Shown: one piece after another, positions 49,541 to 61,820 of the stretch | How the letters are laid out: every line of letters starts with the position of its first letter | Numbering within the stretch: position 1 is the stretch's first letter | Assembly (NCBI RefSeq): GCF_006345805.1 | Contig: NC_043013.1 | Span: 496,001 to 560,000, forward strand | Reading direction: 5' to 3' | DNA: 64,000 nucleotides | Origin: Octopus sinensis | Taxonomy: Eukaryota | The notes under the pieces: generated by a model | What the model was told of the DNA's origin: nothing | Databases searched by the model: none | Seen by the model: the letters and a program-made list of their open reading frames with translations, nothing else | Made by a program: the position numbers and the translations under genes

Positions 49541-49805
49541 TATTTGGTTGGTGCATAATTATTGCGGCTTTTTGTTTTTTTTCAACAAATTTTATTCAAC
49601 AAAAACAATAACAATATTTAACAAAAACATCTTTAAATGATGTCTGACTGTCTGCCAAACAAATGGGAAGCAGTAATTGAAGTAGATGGTGAATATGCTC
49701 CGGAATAATCATTTAAAGATGTTTTTGTTACATGTTGTTATTGTTTTTGTTGAATAAAATTTGTTGTAAAAAAATTTGCAATAATTATGCCCCACCAACC
49801 CAATA
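49541..49805. mobile_element. Mariner-derived MITE: two inverted 3' ends around the last transposase codons
   Basis: TATTTGGTTGGTGCATAATTATTGC ... GCAATAATTATGCCCCACCAACCCAATA (Hsmar1-like TIR with TA); about 95 bp arms; centre encodes LPNKWEAVIEVDGEYAPE* (49652-49708). Confidence 0.82.
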
Positions 49806-49889
49806 GTTCCATGTCAGAGAACCACTGATACTCCTTATAGTGTGGCAACTGCAAGACTAGTTCCTAGTCAAGATTAAGATTCTCTACCC

Positions 49890-50955
49890 AACATTTACAG
49901 AGTACCACATTCTATGATCTAATGGTCATTGAGAAACAAGAGAAAGAGTGGATGGTCAGAGAAGTGCAATCCTTGTACAGAAATGCAGTCAGCAAAGTGA
50001 GATTTGGCAATGAGTTTAGTGAGGAATTTGGAGTGCTAGTTAATGTTCACCAAAGATTGGTTCTTAGCCATCCCCTCATCCTCTTATGCCATAACAATGA
50101 TATTTAAAACTTGATCTCTATATGCTGAAGACCAAGTTTTTAAAGCAGGATCAGTGGAAGATTTACAGGAAAGATACGGGATATGGAAACAAGAGTTGGA
50201 ATAAACTTAGTGAAAATTAATGTTTTAGTGAATAGAAAAGAAGGCTTCTGATAGCATCAAAGAAATGACTGTCAATATACAGGTGAGTAGATAGAAATTC
50301 CATTCAGTGTACCCTAGGTGATTTAAGTGGAATGGAATCAAAGGTAGGATGATTGTGAATAAAAAAGTTGTGAGGGAGGGTACACTGAAAGCATAGTGAC
50401 TGGAATTAGAATAGGGTGGAAAAAGTTCAGAGAAAGTAATACCACTGCTGACAACAAAGAATCCTCTCTCCTTCCCTCTCTCTCTCTGAGAAAGGTAGAT
50501 TGTAGGATGATTGGGTGTGAACTACAATGCTGCATGCTAGTGACATGTGGGGATTGAATGTAGATGTGTGAAAGTTGGAAAGAAATGGGGCATGCAGGAT
50601 TTGCTGCACATGTAATGTTATCATGCATAAATGATGAGAGATAGAAGAATTGAGAGAATAATGGGGTATAAAACGAATTAAATGCAGTGTACAAGAGTAC
50701 TGGCTACACTGGAATGGAGATGTAATGTATATGGGTGATGAGAGATGGGTGGCGAAATGCCAAGAGAATCGGGTATGAGGATTCAAGACAGGAAAAAAAC
50801 AAACTGCGAAACACTTGGGTAGCTGTGGTTAAGGTTGATCTCGGGAAGCTAAACCACACAAAGTAAATGGCAAGAGGAAGCAACAATGGGATGAGATGTG
50901 TTGGCGAGGACTCCTCCAACCCATCCAAACATGGAGAAACAGATGTGAAAGTGAG
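49890..50955 (+). mobile_element. Decayed RTE LINE ORF2 (RT domains to 3' tail)
   Basis: EWMVREVQSLYRNAVSKVR..NEFSEEF.V.V.VHQ, LYAED (YADD), IRIGWKKFRE and GRL...MLHAS motifs, then a CCAACCCATCCAAACATGGAG tail. Confidence 0.85.
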
Positions 50956-51884
50956 GGTGTTATGTCTAAAATAAAAGAAAACTGTTTTAAAATTGATGAT
51001 GTGTGCATTACTGATTGCTGTCAATGAATCTATATTCACTAGTGGTGCATTAACAATTTTGTTTTGTTTTTTAATGTTCTGGTATTTTCTGATTTATCTC
51101 AAAACTTGTGCTGCACCCATACTGCAGCAGAGTAGTTAGAAATATCTGATCTACAGCAATAGGTTTAGTGATTTTGGTTAAGGATATAGATCGGTATTTG
51201 TAGCTAAAATTTATTTAGTTATTTATTTGGCCATTTGACCCTTATCAATTGTGTGTTACCATGCAATACTCTATGGAATAAAACCCTTAATATCAGTGGA
51301 AGAATGGTGTAACTGAAACAGTGGCTCTAGGTTTTATTTAGTTGCATGACCACCTGCCTGTTGATCATGGCTAACCTTGGGTTAAACAACTACTGAAAAA
51401 AAAAGCACCAAAAGGGTTCATGACCATTGTTATTTACATAACAGGATTGAATATATTTCTTGTCTGGAAGAACAGGTTGTGTGTTTATTTGACTTTGTGC
51501 CAGTCTTGGCAATGACTGCAAATGGACCAACAGTTAGTTATGGTATAATTAATTGATATCTACAAATGGAGCATTGTAACTATATCGAAATTTATGCTGC
51601 AATGTTTGAATAAATTACTGTGTTGAGCGAATTGAACTGTGCTGTGGAGTCAGTATTGACTATTTAGAGACCATTGTCAATGCTGGTGTGTTAAGTTATG
51701 CTGTGAATAGGCAAAGCTGAAAGCTTTGCAAAATCTGTTTTATTTTCATTCTAAGAAAGTATAGTTGTGTCATTTGATGGCAATTTCATGTGGGACCCTA
51801 ATAATTCCATTTTGGAATTGAAAATCTTGTTATTCTCCTCTTTGCTAGAAATTCCTTATTGAACTTTTTCCAAGAATATTCCCC

Positions 51885-52165
51885 AATGATGTCAGTGCTG
51901 CCTGACTGGCTCCTGTGACAGTGGCACATAAAAAGCACCATTCGAGCATGGTCGATGCCAGTGAACCTAACTGGTCCCTCTGTTGGTAGCACATAAAAAG
52001 CAACCATTACATTCTCGGAGTGGTTGGCATTAGAAAGAGTATTCAGTTATAGAAACCTTGCCAGATCAGATTGGAGCCTGGTGCAGCCTCCCAGCCTGCC
52101 AGTTCTCGGTCAAACCATCCAACCCATGCCAGCATGGAAAGTGGACATTAAATGATGATGATGAT
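51885..52165 (+). mobile_element. RTE LINE 3'UTR copy
   Basis: CATAAAAAGCACC repeats, GGAGCCTGGTGCAGCC and CCAACCCATGCCAGCATGGAAAGTGGACATTAAATGATGATG. Confidence 0.8.
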
Positions 52166-52380
52166 GCTTTCACCAGAGAACCCCAGGAACCTGCATTAAA
52201 CCCTCAGTGCAGCTTCTACATAATTATTCGAGCCGTTCAGTTCACATTTAAATCTCTCGAATTCTTTGCTGTTTCCCAAATGGATATTGTGTGTCTTAAA
52301 CATTAAGACAGTATGTACCACAAAGGAGGAGGGTAGTCATGGCCAGAGAATATTTTGAATAATTCCTTTTAGTTATCACT

Positions 52381-52547
52381 GTGATATCGATTCTAGGATA
52401 ATAACCCCTAACGATAACAGATGATGATTTAAAACTTTATTGGAGAGGGCTTAATTAACCAAGAGGCATAATTGTCCTAGAGGGTAGTTGGCATTGGGCG
52501 GGGGTGGAATTGTCCTATGGGGGGTAATTGTCCTGATACGATATCAC
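52381..52547. mobile_element. Small MITE with AATTGTCC subterminal repeats
   Basis: GTGATATCGATTCTAGGATAATAACCC ... GGGTAATTGTCCTGATACGATATCAC; three AATTGTCC copies. Confidence 0.55.
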
Positions 52548-53239
52548 ATTTACTTGAGATAAATGTTGCTATTAAACATTAATAACAACACTAACAAAAA
52601 CATATTTTTTGAAGTGAATATTGAATCTAAGACTGATTTTTACACAAATTACAAACCTCAATTGAGAAAGCAGCATAAATTTTTCTTTAACAAAACTGAA
52701 GCTGATAAGATTAGTGAAAGAAATGTAATGCAACACCCAAAGTCACTGATAAGAATGGATAAACAATGTATTAGATCCTGCTTTTCTCTTGGGAGATTGG
52801 TACAACTCTCAAATATCAGATAATATTATAGACGTCTTTTAGATTAAAGAAGTCAGAGCTATCACTGTTGTATTGGGTATTGGTTATTAGCTTGTCATAA
52901 CTGTGTCCAAAGAAATGATATCCATATAACTTACATGGAACGATTTTCTTTTGTTAGCCTATTTCATCCTCTAAATGAATATCTTGCAGTACATAGGAAC
53001 TCTGGTATTATTCATTCATTGATTTCTTCAATGACGCCTGTGGTTTCATAGAGGTGAGTTCTTGGCTAAAAATATGTGCAATATTTTCCCTCGCTAAGTC
53101 CAGTCAGCAAATAGGACATTTATCCAACACTGTCCAGTTTCTCTACAGATTCTTCCGAGTCTGCTCATTATACTGGCAATTCATTTAAGACTTAGATCTT
53201 TTATCTTTTACCTGTTTCATTCATTAGCCATGCTGCAGC

Positions 53240-53590
53240 ACCATTTTTAGGTGAATGCATCCACCCCAACACCCTTTTATTTTTTTAAAGCCTGGTATTC
53301 ATTCTATCAGTCTCTTTTTCCAAACCATTAAGTTACAGGGACATAAATACACCAACACCAGTTATCAAGCAGTAAACGACTGTTATGGGGACATAAACAT
53401 ACAAACACCAGTTGTCAAACTGTGATTTGTCTCACACACACATGACTGGCTTCTTTCAGTTTCCAATCACAAGGCTTTGGTCGGTCTGAAGCTAAAGTAG
53501 AAGACGCTTACTCCAGATGCCATGCAGTGAGACTGAACCTGGAACCATGTGGTTGGGAAGCAAACTTCTTACCACACAGCCACGTCTCTG
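53240..53590 (-). mobile_element. Type C/D SINE
   Basis: GGCTTCTTTCAGTTTCC...ACTGAACCTGGAACCATGTGGTTGGGAAGCAA.CTTCTTACCACACAGCCAC. Confidence 0.78.
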
Positions 53591-54233
53591 CCTATATACT
53601 ACGCCTGCACCTATATAATAGACACAGACTAAGAATCAAAATTTACATTCAAACCAAGCCTGCTGAGTAGTTATATGCTTTTATAGAAGTTAGAGCCAGA
53701 AATTTTCAAAGAAATGAAATGAGATTCTGAGTTTGTTTTCAAAATGAGTTTGGAAAATCAGATGATGATGATGGTTCCTTATTGTTGCAAGATTTTCTAT
53801 CAAATTTTAAGATTTTTTTCTTTCGAGTTCAATATGCTATTTTGGGGCTCTACGACATCTCTTCTATTTCGGTGCAAAGCGTCAGTTCCTTTCCATTATT
53901 GTTCTGCTTTGCTTTTGCCAAAGTATTTCTCACCAATCCAAAGTTAAACATTTTCTAATGTTCCTCTGGAAATGGAGATTTTTTTTATTGTATGACAGTT
54001 AATTTCTGCAATGGTCAGGACAGTAATGTCTTCTGAGCTGCTTGTTAGATAAAGAAATTGTGTGCATTGTCTTATTTGTTTCAGTCATTTGACTGCAGTT
54101 ATGCTGGAGCACTGCCTTTAGTTGAGCAAATCGACACCAGGACTTATAGTCTGTCCATAGCACTTACTCAGCATTACCTGACACCTTTGGGTCTTCTTGA
54201 CACCATTACCTCTCATAACATATATTATATATA

Positions 54234-54620
54234 TCTCTCTCTATATAAACGGCAGTTTGTCTGTGTGTGTTTCTGTGTGTCTGTTTGCTTGCACCCTCAC
54301 CCTGACCACGGCTTTCAACCGATTCTGATGAAACTTGACACACACATAGCCCAATGTCATAATTCAAAACTAACGCAGGGAAAATTTTGAAAAGTTCCCC
54401 CAGTTCTGAAAAAGATCGATAAATTCGACATGGGGTCGACAATCAGAAACACAAACCACAGATGGTCTAGGAGACGCAACTCAACCTTTTTAACTATCAA
54501 AAAAAAATTTACCATAATTTTTTTCCCCATTTTTTTGCTATTTTTTTGGCTATAACTCTCTAAAAATGCTTTATAGTTATTTCCCTTACAAACCCGAGCA
54601 ACGCCGGGCGATACTGCTAG
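54234..54620 (+). mobile_element. Non-autonomous Helitron with family A 3' end but a different 5' body
   Basis: Identical terminal ACAAACCCGAGCAACGCCGGGCGATACTGCTAG|T; the 5' part TCTCTCTCTATATAAACGGCAG... is unrelated to the 22815 and 24308 copies. Confidence 0.8.
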
Positions 54621-54659
54621 TATATATATATATATATATATACACACACATACACATAC

Positions 54660-54810
54660 AGCAGGCTTTTTAAAGTTTCTGCCTACCAAATCCACTCACA
54701 AGGCTTTGGTCAGCCTGAGGCTATAGTAGAAGACACTTGCCCAATGTGCCATGCAGTGGGACTGATCCTGGAACCATGTGGTTGGTACGCAAGCTACTTA
54801 CCACACACCC
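54660..54810 (-). mobile_element. Type C SINE 5' half
   Basis: CTACCAAATCCACTCACAAGGCTTTGGTC...GACACTTGCCCAA.GTGCCA.GCAGTGGGACTGA. Confidence 0.8.
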
Positions 54811-55145
54811 ACTATATATATATATGTCTCATTTATAACTACATATTAACCTACCACACATGGCTAATATGAGCATAATGAGACACCCATATCTGCATGG
54901 CTGAAACAGCTGTAAGATGTAGTTTATATTTGTAATTATTTATATTCACTTATACATACTGTACTTATTGTATCATATTACTCATTGATGCACGTTGTTT
55001 TTTTTCTATATTATTATGTTTGACCTTAATGTTCATATGTAGTGGTTTAATAAATTATGTGATTGGGTATTATCTGGTAGTTGATTAGTGATTAAGATGT
55101 ATTTCTCCATTTTCTTATTCTGTATATATATATATATTATATATA

Positions 55146-55188
<43 letters not shown>

Positions 55189-57190
55189 ATGCACACTTCT
55201 CTCACAAACACAAATTTCAATAGATTAATATTAAAAAAATTCTGTATGAAGTATTAATTTTTCAAGCTGTAAAGACATTCAATTACAGAATTAGCTTTCT
55301 CAGATTCATTAAAGATATTTATATACTTGGATTATTTAGAAAAATATTGGCCTTATTCTGGGTTTATTTTAAATAACAAGCTATTGTTTTAAATAGCTAT
55401 GGCTGATACAGCTTTTAAAACTTCCTGGTTTGTGATTATTATAAATGCTTTGTAGATTTTGCTATAACTCAACCAATACCTGTTACTGGAATGTCAGTAA
55501 CTAAGTACATGTAAGCTTTCTTTACCCTTTCTTGTAACCCAACTCTTCTGAAGTGTTGGGGTCAGGGATCCTGTTTAGTTATTTATCTTATCAGTGGTAT
55601 GACATAGGCATCACACAAAAATGCTGCACTAAGCTTTTGTCAATATATTCAATCTATGAGTGAGTTAACTCTTTCTAGTTGAAACCTGTACACACACACT
55701 CGTATTAACAAATTCCTGTTATGTAGCTACTTATAAATTACAAGTTCCACTTTGTATGGGATTTAGGCCAACTTGTTCCTGAATTTTCTTTAGATATAGT
55801 CCATGTCTTTTCATCGAATTGCTTTTTTTCTTTTCTATTTTGCTCTGTGTTTCTAAAAAAAAATCCTATGGGATCAGATTTTACAAGCTAAACTTTAAAG
55901 AGGTGTCATTCTGAATGAGACAGTTCATATATTAAAGTATTAAATCAGCTGCTGGCATTAGGCAAAACTCCTCATCAAGCATAAAATGAATGTTGTTAAT
56001 GAACACTTAGCTGTGTATCTCTTTAGCTTTGTTGGACTTTCAGATATATATTTTGGTAACATATTTCAACTTGCATTGCCAGTCCATATAGTATATAACA
56101 CATTCCGGTGTCTTCATTTTGTACATCTCTTCAATTCCTGATGATTTTGATAGCCTTCTTCTCATTGTTCTCCTCCTCCTACTACTACTGGGCAGTTCAG
56201 AGATACAGGAAAAGCACCAATGCCAAATTTAATGATTTGAAGTATTTAGTTGTCCCTTCTTTTCCAGTTCATATCTCACTAAGGTTCACTTGCACTTCTA
56301 TCTCTTTGGGGTCAGTAAGTACTAGAAGTGTACCAGTGTTGACCTCAATCAATAACTCTGTGCATCATCCTTTAATCTGTTCTCAACCAAAGGAATCCTA
56401 AGTGCTGTCATATTACCACATTGTCTATTGATTACTATTTGCTTTCACATCAATGAGGGTGCCTCTACTTAGTTTGACATACTAAAAATAACAGCTAAAT
56501 CTCACAAAACAATGCATTGGGTAATGTAGTTTAGAGAAAAACTGGAGCACTTTTAGATCATCGATATGTTTGTTTAGACTTAACCCAGGATTTAATAGCA
56601 TTCATCTTTAGACCCATCTACTGGTTCTTCACCGATTTGTTTTTGCTTGTTTGTTCTACTGGGTGAAAATGTCTTGATTAACTCTTAAAATCCTATTCCA
56701 CAAACATCTGCAATTGTTGCCAAATTTTTAACCATATAGCGCTGTAGTAAAGATTGTTTGCCAACATAACATGGCAGTCCTAGTTTAGGATGAATGTTGC
56801 TGAATATCTCACATTGTGAGATTTAAAAATAGTACTTTTCTATGTCATAGATCAGTGACTAGTTGTCACTTTGAAAACTATATATTTCGAATGGGAATTT
56901 GGCAGTGCCACCTCTAGCTGAACAATCTTTTTTCTTCTGTGACATGTCGTTTTTTTTCATTTTTCTACCCAATGTTATGTGAGTTCGTTTCTGTCTGTTT
57001 CTTGTATATTTGTGTTATCTGTTTTATACCATACCTGGATTTGAACTGTTGTCTTTTGGCAAACAGTAATTTTCGCCCTACGGGGCAGAAAATTTCTGAT
57101 AATTTTTATATTTTTGTGAACTGTTTATTGTTTGTTAACCTTTACTGGTTATTTTTCTGAAAATTTTTCTTGTCATTTGTGACAAGTTTC

Positions 57191-58170
57191 AATATGGAAT
57201 TTGACCTTGCATCCAAAAAGAATTTTGCCGAGATGGGAGAAGGAAATTCAAGTATAAATCAACAAGATACCAGGGAAAAACAGATTTTCAGCCGCCATCT
57301 TCGGAAACGTTACTGAACTTGAAGTAGCAATGGACCAGTTATTCAAGTTTAGAAATTTAATTTAAAAAAGTGGAGAGGAGACCAAGTTGGTGCCGCCCCT
57401 TGAGACAGTACAAGCCATAAAGGAAAAAACAGTTGTGTACAAGGTCTAAAACATCAAAGAAAAGAGGATAACGGAGATAAAAAAATGAAGCAGTGGAAAA
57501 GTGCATGGCGCCTATATGGAACAAGGTACACTATGTTAGCCGAGGAGTAAGAAGTGCCACAATTGAGGCACATTTCAAGTTGGCTAGCATAGCAAAGGAG
57601 TTGTCTATGCAAACATTGAAGAACGAGGAGATAATGCTGCTGCCTACTTACTTAGGTTGCAGGACTGCAAAGGTGATAGTATAGGAGATCCCTGTAGGGT
57701 ATGAGGTAGCGGCTGCAGTAGTGTACGATGTGGAGGAGAAAATTACAATCCTGCAAATGAGGAAAAAGGAACCGGTTAAGTGGAGAGGAGAATCTTTAGA
57801 GATGGTCATTCAAGTGGACAATGCAGCCCCTGAAAATTTGTGTTTGTAGGGGAGGGAAAATTTGTGTGTGTTGGTAGAGGGACGTAGGCCCAGATGCTTT
57901 AAGTGTGGATAGAAGGGCCATGTTCACTCTATGTGTACTAAGAAAAAAGGAAATAAAACCCCTTCTCAAAACACAGAAGGAAGGACATGCTGGAATAATA
58001 CCAACGAAAGGAAGAAAATGAGAAAAACCAAACGAAAGAAAATACACAAGAGGCAACAGAAGAGATGGAGTTTACCCAGATAACTCACAAGAGGAAGAAA
58101 ATAAACACCCTGGACTCCCCACCCCTCCAAAAAATAACTACAGATGAACAACACAAAAAAATTCTGCAGT
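57191..58170 (+). pseudogene. Decayed gag-like LINE ORF1 with CCHC zinc knuckle
   Basis: VEGRRPRCFKCG*KGHVHSMC (C-X2-C-X4-H-X4-C, 57895-57936) within a purine-rich, stop-interrupted reading region starting at an ATG near 57191. Confidence 0.65.
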
Positions 58171-58208
58171 CCCACCCTGTTGGCACTACATTAATTAGAA
58201 AAGTTTGC

Positions 58209-58265
58209 TGTTTACACTTCCTGTTTACAAGTTTCTCCAGTGTAAACTTCCTGTTTACACTGTTT
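58209..58265. promoter_or_regulatory. Cluster of forkhead and FOX:ETS composite motifs
   Basis: ACTTCCTGTTTAC (= GTAAACAGGAAGT) at 58216-58228 and 58246-58258, plus TGTTTAC at 58209 and GTAAAC at 58242. Confidence 0.4.
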
Positions 58266-60798
58266 TTTGTTTTTGTATTTTTTCAAGTGAATTTCTCTGG
58301 ATTTTTTTCTTTTGATTTTTGAGCATAATTGTGGTTTAATATCTCAAGAAGTGAGAATTTAGTGATAATATTTATTGATGATTTATTAATTCAATTAGTG
58401 AGACTGAACTCGGACTTAGATAAAATACGGGTATTTCAGTGTCATCTATAAACCCTAGATCTAAATGATATTGAGATTTGTTAATTCCAAGTTGAGAAGA
58501 AGAATTAATCATGTCGTTAACATTGAATTGCTTTCATCAGTGAATGGTAAGGATTAAAACAAAAAAACATTTACTTTTTAAATGTAAGGTCCCTACATAC
58601 AGTATGGGTTATGAAGGGGTGGGGAGCAAGCAATTGTTGTAGTAAGAATAACATTTGTTAGGCCTTACACAACCTTTGAATGGAGGAGACTAAGAAATAT
58701 CTTGGAATGCTTTTTGTAACAGGAGTTGTGCAGCTTTCAAACACTTTTAACTCTGAGACAGGAAACTGATGTGAAAATGATTGTATAATCAACTGCATTC
58801 AATCTATCTGGACAGGTGAAAGTTATATGGCAACAGGTAAAAAGCATATTCACAATATACACCAATGGTCATTATATCACATCAGCAAATTTCATCCAAA
58901 ATTCATACAAAAGTGATAACCTAATAAGGTTTTAAACTGAACTGCATTTCATCAGAATCTCTGGTTTCTAATAGGTTTGGGAAATTTATTAAGAAAAAGC
59001 ACTACAAGACTAAGAGTTAATTATGAAGACATTGTGAATGAGAAGTGTCAACTATCTGAACCAACATGATTTTAGAGATAAGTTGGATTGGTTATAGGAA
59101 AATTTACCATGAACATTTTTGCCGTAAGAAAATTCACCATGAGAAATTTCATTTTGAATGACTTCATCGCATTTGTTTTAATATTTGACATTGAATAAAG
59201 ACTTAACTCTTTAATGCTTTTATAAAACCTTTGGTCATTCTCTTTTTTTATTATTATTATTATTTTTAGAAAGTGCTGATACAATGCACTTTGTCATTGT
59301 TCATATGGATGAATTTTCTTGTATGGCAAAATTTCTTAGCACAAATTGAATTAGTGGAACTCCATTGGATTAACCTAAACCAGTTTCTTGAAAGATCTTT
59401 TTACTCTTTACGTTTACATACTTGAGGTTTCCTTTGTGACTTATTTATTATTCACATTCCCTTTCTCACACTTGACTAATTTCATTGCAATGAGGAAGTG
59501 TGTACCTGTCCCAATCAAATTGCTAAGTAAATATATAAGGTCATATTTTTTCTGGCATAAGAAAATAAAACCAAGAAATTAAATAATTCAAAGAAACTAT
59601 CTGCATGAAAAGCAATGGCTAAGTAGGTTAATGCCGACCTGTTTAATACAGGGCATCAAAACATGTCCAGGGTTGTTTACCCCTGCTTAAACTTGTCACA
59701 GAATTGAAAATATCAATGACTTTTTTTCCTCATGTATTTATTTTTATTTAGCTTTTCTGTGCACCCTGCATTAAATGTGTTAGCATTAACTTACCTGTTG
59801 ATAAGACTGAGACATTGCATCCTTTAAAACCTCCATGCTTCCTGAAATTCGCCAACACTACACCTGATATCCCCCCCTCCATACGCATGCACACCTGTAT
59901 ATCATGACTCATAAACTGTTCACTTTCCTGACTTTTGTACATAATTCTATGTGCTGTACCTGCACCTTTGATGGGTTGTAGTGCACCTGAGCTCTATACT
60001 CAATATTATTAAACTGGGTGACTTCTGTTTAATCTGCAATTCTCAATATTTTGTGAAGAATCGGATCCTTTGTTGGTTCTGGAAATTCACATATCTATAT
60101 AGAGATGTCAGAGTAAATGTGATTAAAAAATTCTTCCAGTCGAACTGAACCTGGAACCATGTGATTGGGAAACAATCTTCTTACTCCCCCCCCCCTCACA
60201 CTGCTAAATATTTTGACATACTTCATGTCCCATCCTATTTATAATTTACATGTAAAAACTTCACTGATGTATACAGACACATCTGTTATTAATTGGGTCA
60301 GGTGGCAGGGTTGTCTCAGTAATTAGAGTTAGAATTCTGTAGACTATTGATACTGTAGTAGACCACACTCATATGATAGTTGCATTTCCATTTATTTTGA
60401 AATTTATAACTTCCAAAAGGGTTGGATCATGTTGAAACCGTTTTTAAGAATTATATAAAATCCAAAAAATCTATTTGGATTTAACAAGAATTCTTGGGAG
60501 GTTTCTTAGTGCCTACTGCTTACATGTCTAACGTAACCTCATATTAGTGTTGAAAAATGGATATTTCTCAGAGAAAATCTTCGACACCAGAGCAATGTTC
60601 ATCGTGTGTGCTGATAGCATGTAATCTTTCAAAAGTACTGGATCTATCTGTGACACACACATATACACTTGTTCTTACATATTTCCATATCTATGAACTC
60701 ACACACACACACTACTATAACTAAATAGTTGATTTCATTGACCTCAACACTGTATTTGTCAACATAGTCTCGCTGATCAGTTATCACTTCCACCCTTA

Positions 60799-60829
<31 letters not shown>

Positions 60830-60872
60830 TTCTCTCTCTCTCTTTCTCTCTCTCTCTTTCTCTCTCTCTCTT

Positions 60873-60921
<49 letters not shown>

Positions 60922-60962
60922 TCTCTGCTTCTCTCTTCTCTTTCTCTCTCTCTCTTTCTCTT

Positions 60963-60994
<32 letters not shown>

Positions 60995-61106
60995 TATTTC
61001 TCTCTCTCTTTTTTCTCTCTCTCTTTCTCTCTCTCTTGCTCTCTCTCTTTTATCTTCTCTCTCTCTCTCTCTCTCCTCTGTATGTATGTATGTATGTATG
61101 TATGTA
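60799..61106. repeat. (CT)n microsatellite with TT interruptions, followed by (TATG)n
   Basis: Directly visible. Confidence 0.95.
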
Positions 61107-61439
61107 GGAAAACTTAGAGTTTAAAATGTTGAAATATTTTAAGGTATTTGCCTTCTGAGTTCAAAGTCTGCTGACTTCAACTTAATCTTTCATCCTTTCT
61201 GGGATAATGAATTAAATACCCGTCATTACTACAGTTTTTTTTTTTTATCAAACTCTTCGGAAGATATTGGACATGATTAGACTTGGAGATTGTGTTTGCC
61301 ATTTCTGTTCTCATCTGAATCCAGTATTTGAAGAGTACCTTAGTTAGAAGAATGAGAGAGGAGCAGGTGTTAGGAAGATGAGAAGTGGGGGGAGGATTCT
61401 TGGGGATAATCTGGATGCAAGAGAAGGGCCCAGTAGGTG

Positions 61440-61820
61440 TATAGATAAAATGATTTCAGATCTAAAAGTTTGCCATGACAGATGGGTCTTGAACCCATCA
61501 AATTATCTTGGTCTTTTTGTGTCTCCTCTATGAGACTCAACATCTTGTGATCAGCCTTTGCTACATCATCCCCTGTCTTGTTAGCTTTCACTCTTCCATA
61601 ATTTCCATCCACATTTGATAATCAGCATTCCTTGATACATATCACACAACCATATCGGTATAAATCTTCTCTTTTGCGCACTCCATTTGATTCCTCTTAT
61701 GCTCAGTTTTTCTCTCAATATATGTGCACTTTGTTGCTCATACACACTAACGATGCACATCTAATGGACCATATTAGCTTCATTCCTCTCTTGTCATTGC
61801 ATGTCTTGTATAATGCAAGC
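61440..61820 (-). mobile_element. Decayed RTE ORF2 C-terminus
   Basis: DGNYGRVKANKTGDDVAKADHKMLSLIEETQKDQD resembles EGTCGRGRPRKTWDEVVK.DL..L.L.E.MT.DRD. Confidence 0.7.

Noticed and set aside
54860-54920. Complete hammerhead at the second GAAACAGCTGTAAGA site
   Set aside because: No intact CTGANGA upstream; kept only as a possible relic of family 3.
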